This document shows, piece after piece, positions 58,001 through 64,000 of a stretch of DNA of 64,000 nucleotides. Below the pieces are notes generated by a model. That model had not been told where the DNA came from and ran no database searches. It saw only the letters and a program-made list of their open reading frames with translations. Both the position numbers and the translations under genes were made by a program. Each line of letters starts with the position of its first letter. Position 1 is the first letter of the stretch. The stretch lies in NCBI GenBank assembly GCA_905178155.1, contig CAJINV010000001.1, forward strand, positions 155,079-219,078, read 5' to 3'. Origin of the DNA: Amoebophrya sp. A120. Lineage: Eukaryota; Protista; Dinoflagellata.

Positions 58001-59784
58001 ATGCCTGGGCCCAGTTGAACGGCTCTCCCTTGGACGGGTCATACAGGCCGACCTGGATTTTTGTTTTTCATTCTTCTTCTTGTACAGCTTATTTTAGGAA
58101 AAGATTAGCCTGAAGAAAAAGATGATAATGATATAAGAAACGGAAAATTCTCAGGTGTACTACAGCTACAGTGCATAAACCTTCACCTTGGAAAAGTATC
58201 TATGAGTATCCTCGAAAGAACAAGCCAAAGTCGCCACAATGTGGACTCAACTTGTTTCCAACTTGATGCACTATTTTTTTACCTTTGTCGCGAAACTTTC
58301 CACATCGGGCGCGGCCCGGCAGTTTGCAGTGTCCTTGACGTCAAAGGTCGTGATTCGTGCCTGGTTCGCGTGCCCAGCCACATGCCCGTCGGGGACCTTC
58401 ACCGCCACCCAGACGGCCCCCTTTTCGTACTTGCCCTTCCCGTATGAGAGAGCACAAAATGCTCTCCCCCTCCTCTGGAACATGAAGGCGAGGCCAGTGT
58501 TTCTGGCCTCACCTTGACAGAGGCAGTACCACAGATCATGTAGTGCCTTTATTCGCATGACATAAGTAAGTAGACATACTATCCGTTTCTGCATGACAAA
58601 TAAGGGGGAGACAAAGTAGTGGCTCACTCTCATATCCCGATCATTTCCAGAATCCACACCTCCGTCGGGTCGGCCAGCGTGAAAGACTCTTATCAAATGC
58701 AAAAGTGTCTGGGTCTGGAGATTTGTGATGCTAAAACAACCGCACCGACACTGCCATTGTCCAGCATAGCTTTGGAGGCAAGCCTCCGCAGGCTCTGGAG
58801 ATTTGTGATGCAAGTCAGGGAACTACAGTGCGCACACTGTAATGCACTGCCAAGTATGACAGGTTTTTCCGTGGTTCTGAGTTGCGTATTCCGCATGAGA
58901 AACTGCGTTTTTGCATGACAGGCAAGAGGTGCTCTTTGCGGCCACGCAATACAGAGCTCAGAGTCATGCCCGACTAGCATGACAAACCCACACTCTTCCA
59001 GACCCAGACATTTTTGCAGTTGATAACTCCCCCTCGGAAGCATATCCTTTTTTCTCAACCAAGGCCGGCATGATCTGGAGGGCCTCCTGCACGGTCTTCG
59101 CCCGCTGCAACGTCGTCCAGATCAAGTTCCCGTAGTCCATCACTTATGCACTGCAAAAGTATCGCATTCGTAGTAAAAGTGATTGCAGTCATGCATCGTT
59201 TTCATTAAGGGCATGGGCAATCCGCATTTCAAGTTAAGTGCATTTCTCACCACGCCAAGCAAATTTAATATTTTTGTGCTTGTGATGCTATTACTACCTA
59301 CGTACTAGTACGATACTGTTGCAATTCATATCACGGCCCCGGGCTGGCCCTGCGTCAAAATCGGTACGCCGCCAAAGGTGGTTTCGCCAATCGTGAGCTG
59401 GTACTCGTTCATGTTACCCACCACGTCGTACGTGGCGGTCGGCTCGGGGATTTCTCCCAGATACATCCCGGAATCCCAGTCGTAGATTTTCTTCACCGTC
59501 CCCGCGGGGATGTTTTCCCGCTTTTTGTACCGGCCCAGCGAGCCGTACAGGCCGGCACTGTCGGCGGCGTAGGAATACAGCGTCGCTCCGTCGGTACTCG
59601 CGCCTGGTGTGACAATCAGGTTCGTGCAAGCGTCGGTAAAAGTAGTTCCGGCTTGGAATATCAACAGTAGGTGGAGCAGACTTCTCAAGGCTGCTACAGC
59701 CGCTGCGCCACTGGTCGTGGTCGACGCTGCACCAGAGCCGGCTCCGCAACTACATGCTGAAATCTGGTGACCGCGAACGCGCAT
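55037..59784 (-). CDS. Peptidase family C69 (dipeptidase A / secernin-like Ntn hydrolase) with signal peptide, multi-exon; 3' end approximate
   Basis: Hydrophobic leader, then CTNLIVTPGASTDGATLYSYAADS (nucleophile Cys), VVGNMNEYQLTIGETTFGG, DYGNLIWTTLQRAKT, GES-FTLADPTEVWILEMIG, GHANQARI, NERSIGTQQTAW, GGVFWFGVDD. Confidence 0.88.
56393..56571. mobile_element. Introner family B
   Basis: TATGCTCTGCAAAAG...CTTTTGCAATTCATA; removal joins NRVY to AQWDILAP. Confidence 0.7.
58443..58634. mobile_element. Introner family C
   Basis: Perfect DR TCCCG; removal joins EMIG-KGKY. Confidence 0.85.
58691..59025. mobile_element. Introner family A
   Basis: DR ACTCT/ACTCC; removal joins GES-FTL. Confidence 0.9.
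59145..59330. mobile_element. Introner family B
   Basis: DR TCACT/TCACG; removal joins PGAV-MDYG. Confidence 0.85.
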
Positions 59785-60454
59785 CTTATTGATTTTTGTG
59801 TTTCTCCGCTTGTTTGTTGTACGTTCCGTTTGAGCCAGTCGCAGTCAAAGAGAAGTAGGTATCAAGATAAACTAAGTGCTTGTAAGTGCTCCAGCTTCTC
59901 TGGCATTCCGAGAAAGAAAATCAACAGCCAACAGCAAAACATTGGTCATTGATGTGTTCGACGTAGCCGTACCAGAAAAGCACGAGGAGCAGAGAAAAGA
60001 CATCGTGTTTTGAGTCATTCCATTCTAAGCGGCACAACTCCAACGGAAAAGAACAGGAAAACGATGGCTCCCTTGTCTTCGAATCGCTGTTGTATCTTCT
60101 CCAGATTCATTTTTCTGTTTGATGATGCAGATAGTGCAGTTTAAAGAACGACCAAGCTCCACGTTTGCGTTTCGTACTTCTTAGCAGGTCACCACACGAC
60201 AAAGTACAGATTTGCATACCAGGAAAAGAGCAGGCACTACAACATATCTACTAGGTCGACTAGCTTAATATTTTACAGTTCCAAAGTGGATGAGCAGACC
60301 CGGCGCAATGCGTGCGCCCCCCAAGGGGACCACTGATGCAAGGAAGTTCTTCTTCCACCGTCCGTCTGTCTCCGTTCTAGTTCTTTACTTTTTTGTTTCC
60401 TAGAATATTAACACGACCACACACAGCACTGGTGACAACTGCACAACATTATAT

Positions 60455-63400
60455 TCAATTCCACGCGAGCACTTCCTCTCGGAAGTTGGTCCTCACCCGG
60501 GCGATTGCCGCCTCGATGTCGCCGTAGGAGTAAGTTATCCAGTTCGTCGCGTTGTCGCTTTTTCTCGCCAAGCGAAAGTCAAAGCCTAAAGGATTTGGAT
60601 TTATTTCTATTTCAGCATTACATTCTTGTGTGGCCCTTGAAGTCGTGGACCACGTAGCAGGTGAAGTTCCCTTTCCCAACAGCATCCGCCGCAGGTGTCC
60701 CGCCTCCCAGTCTCCCAGCTGGAAATCCGGTGGCATCATGATGGACTGATTCTTCCCGTTTGCGATGCAGTGCAAGGTCGGGAACAACCTGGCGTGGCGC
60801 ACCAGACTCCAGGCCACGCCCGCGGGCATGTAGCGCTGGTTTACCCACGCAACTTCGCCGGAAACGTTATCGGACTCGTAGCTGCCTCCGTAAAACTTGT
60901 GCCCCGCCTTGCTGGTGCCGAACAGGTCCCGGAGCGCGTAGAAGCAGTTGCGCTGCTCCGCCGGGGGCTGGCGGTGGTGGAAAAACTTTTTGAAAAATTC
61001 GCCTGGGACGTCCATGTGGTCGCCCTCGGCGAAGACCGCGAGGACTTCGACCCGAATGAAGGTGTCTGCATCGATCTGGTACAGGCCAGATTTCTTGTCC
61101 ACGGCTGCATAGAGGAAATCCCGGAACCCGCTCAGCGTGTTGCAGATCGACTTCTCCAGATCCAGCTTCAGCACGACTTTCAGGGACCTTCGCTTCCACG
61201 CGCAATGGTGTCTGCGATTGTATTTCCGGAAGTGGTAGTTGACGTGCTCGAATTGCACCCAGTGCGGATCAACATCTGCACAGAAGGCTTGGTCTTCATC
61301 CTCCGTTTGCTGTTCTTCTTCTCCGTCCGTAGTTCTTGTTGGTGTTCTTGAATCGTCCTCGTCGTGTTCATCTTGTATCAATGGTTCGAGGTTTTCCATT
61401 GTTAGCTCCTCATCCTGTTCAACATCACCCGATGTCGTTTGGTGGTTGGACGAGGAGGATTTGTAGTTCTTTCTCGTCCCGCGACCACTCTTCCTTACGT
61501 AGAAGAGCCGCCCCCACTGGACCACACGACCCGCTCTTGCTCTATTTTTTCTTGAAGATGCCCTGAGTACAGGTGGTGCATCACCTACATTGCTGTCGTC
61601 CAAAATGGTGGAAGAAGTGGTTTTCAAATGCGAGGGTCGTTGTGCAGGACGATCGTCGTGCTCATGCCGCCGCGGGTCTGTCCTCTCTACTGCGCCAGGA
61701 TTATGCATAGCATCGTCATTCCCGGTCGTTTTACTATTCTCCGCCTCCTCGTCGAGTTCTGCTAGCACATCCCGTTTCTTTTTTCGCATATGCAAAGCAA
61801 ATATGTTCTCCGGTTCTGGAAACTTGTAATGCTGGATTGGGAATAAGAAATGCTCTGTGGTGCACATCGAAGCATGAGAAGTACAGCAGTGTCTGCGCTG
61901 CTTAGTGTTGCGCTTTCCGCATGACAAACTGCACTTTTGCATGACAAACAAAAGGGTCTCTTCTTAACACGCATCGCAAACTCAAACTCTTCAGTCATGC
62001 CAGACACGCATGACAGACCTTGCATTATCCTTCCAGACATCCAGGGTGGATATCTGCATTCGATATCGCAGGTAGTTCCGCAGCACTTCGTCCAGGGATT
62101 TTTTCACAGTCCAGGCGAGACCGTACCCCTCGGTTCGGGGGGAAAATGCGTTTCGTAAAGCAGAGTTCGCCTGCTCCAACACGTGATACACCTCGTAGAG
62201 CCCAGAATTGTCTTTGAAGTCGTTCTATGCAGTGAAAAAAAAATATTTCCGGGTCGGACAAAATTCTGCAGCTCTTGGTTTATTTCCAGAACCAGATCTT
62301 CATGCAAGGTATATTACATGACAATCTTCTGCAGCTGCAGTTTGTTTTCCAGACCCAGACGCATTTATTTCATTTGCATTTCATACATTCATCACTGCAG
62401 TCAGCGGCCAAGCGTCCTCCTTGTGATCATCCTCGTCGCCGTCATCAGTGGTTTTACTAGTACCACGATCATTTCCAAGACCTCCAGTCTTTTGCGCTGA
62501 CCAGAGCGCGAGCAGATACAGCGTTAACTTGTCTTGCAGCCCCGGATTGTGCACGACCGCGCTGTCTGAACTGTAAATATGTCTGGGTCTGGAAGGTTGC
62601 GAACTTGTGATGCATAGATACTTAGATCACACAAAAATCTGTCATGCTTGGACAGCAAATAAAGGAGCTCTTTGTCCTGTCGCCGAAACGAGGCGTTTGT
62701 CATGCGGATTAGGCATTGGGAAACCGTATCCAAACCTGTAATGCTAGGCCTTGCATGGCGCACCTTCTGTGTCAAGCAGACACAGCATCACAAACCTCAG
62801 CAATCTTCCAGACCCAGACATTTTTGCATTTGATACGCTGCGAGCGATGTGGATCGCATTCGCCAGTGCCATTTCGACGGAAAGCGTGTCGAAGCCCTGT
62901 TTGGCGGCAAGTAGTATCGCAAGAAAAAACTGCTTTACTGTAAACTTGGGATACATAGAACGGAACGCAAGTGTGTTTGTCTTGCTACACATGCAACGCA
63001 TTGGATTTTCCCTTAGGAAGCACGCATGCCAAGTTTTCTTTGTCATGTGTAACAAACTTGTGACGCAGATCTTGCAAAATCATCACAGTGAAACAGTTTT
63101 TTTGTGGGATAAGTAGCGAGAAGTAGCCAATATTGGCCCCCGCATCGAGAAACAGTGTGTCGCTGTGAAAGGAAAAAAGTGTGTATACAGAGTAACTCTA
63201 CAACTTTTGGACGAAAAGGATTATGCAACTGTGTTTGGCATATGACACCTGTCATGCGCAGATAGTACAACGTGCGAACACGTAAATTAGTATATGAAAT
63301 AAGGAACGGCGCTGATGTTGCACCATGTCTAACATGACGAGCATGAAAAGAGTAAACTGTAAACATGGATTCTCTGCATCACAGGGAATTGTAGTACACG

Positions 63401-63913
63401 ACTGTACACAGGTTTTTTCTCTTGATAGTCCTCGGGATGTGCGTACTGCTGGAGCAGATTTTTGATCAAGAAACTTCCCTGCTGCTCCCACTCCCCGGCA
63501 AAGAGGGCGCAAGAAGAAATGAGCCGGTCACGCTGGACAAAGTCGCTGTAGGTCGCAATCCGAAAATCGTGCACTGTGTCCGCCACCAACTCGGCGGCAC
63601 GGAAGCTCGGATGCGCGGTGGTCGCAGATGACGCAGGAGCGCGAGCTGAGGGGCGTGGAGCTGCGGCAGTCGTTTTTGTGTTCCCGTCGGCGCTCGAGGG
63701 TTCGTCAGCAGTTGCAATTATATGCAGTAAAAAACAAGGCGGCACAGGTGTAGAAGCTTTTATTGTCCTCAGAGGTCTTGGCGCGACAGACTCAGCATCA
63801 GCTGCAACAGCCCTACCACAAAAAGAAAGAACACGCCGGCCCGGGAACATGTAAAATATATATAGACCCGGGAAAGGTAGAAATTGCCCGAAAGTACTGA
63901 AATCGTGAAGCAC
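60455..63913 (-). CDS. Unknown multi-exon protein; 5' end uncertain
   Basis: Long GC3-rich last exon 60455-61788. Upstream exons are separated by family A introners (~61789-62065, ~62226-62385, ~62565-62835). Confidence 0.6.
61789..62065. mobile_element. Introner family A-like
   Basis: Perfect DR TCGCA. Confidence 0.8.
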
Positions 63914-63929
63914 TTTATCACTCCCCGCG

Positions 63930-64000
63930 TACCCTTACCCGAAACCACTCCAGCGATACCCTTACCCGAAACCACTCCAGGGTTTCCCGGTTTCCCGGTT
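63930..64000. repeat. Short tandem repeats at the window edge
   Basis: ACCCTTACCCGAAACCACTCCAG twice, then (GGTTTCCC)n. Confidence 0.7.

Overview
Eukaryotic genomic DNA, most likely from an Amoebophrya-like (Syndiniales/dinoflagellate) parasite. This is inferred from the dense non-canonical inverted-repeat introns and an exact dinoflagellate spliced-leader motif. All coordinates were read by eye and may be off by a few bases. Host genes all lie on the minus strand: two diverged tandem paralogs of an unknown membrane protein (14174-21699, 24694-37634), a Patched/NPC1-like sterol-sensing-domain protein (41826-50071), a C69 dipeptidase (~55037-59784) and an unknown gene (60455 to at least 63913). 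These genes carry more than 35 'introner' insertions of 150-400 bp with TAT...ATA inverted ends and 5-bp direct repeats. They fall into at least 7 end-families, and most share an internal GCATGACAAA-type motif. The paralog pair supplies filled and empty sites, and one introner family sits in both orientations in the same gene. A 10.45-kb TIR element (3257-13707) encodes a hAT/Kolobok-like DDE transposase and a second gene, has an internal array of its TIR 9-mer, and carries a DinoSL motif next to its right end. Also present: a hAT-type foldback inside an ORF, a 2.8-kb long-TIR element inside an ORF, and two repeat-built insertions flanked by long exact direct repeats (31 and 65 bp), one with a Helitron-like end.
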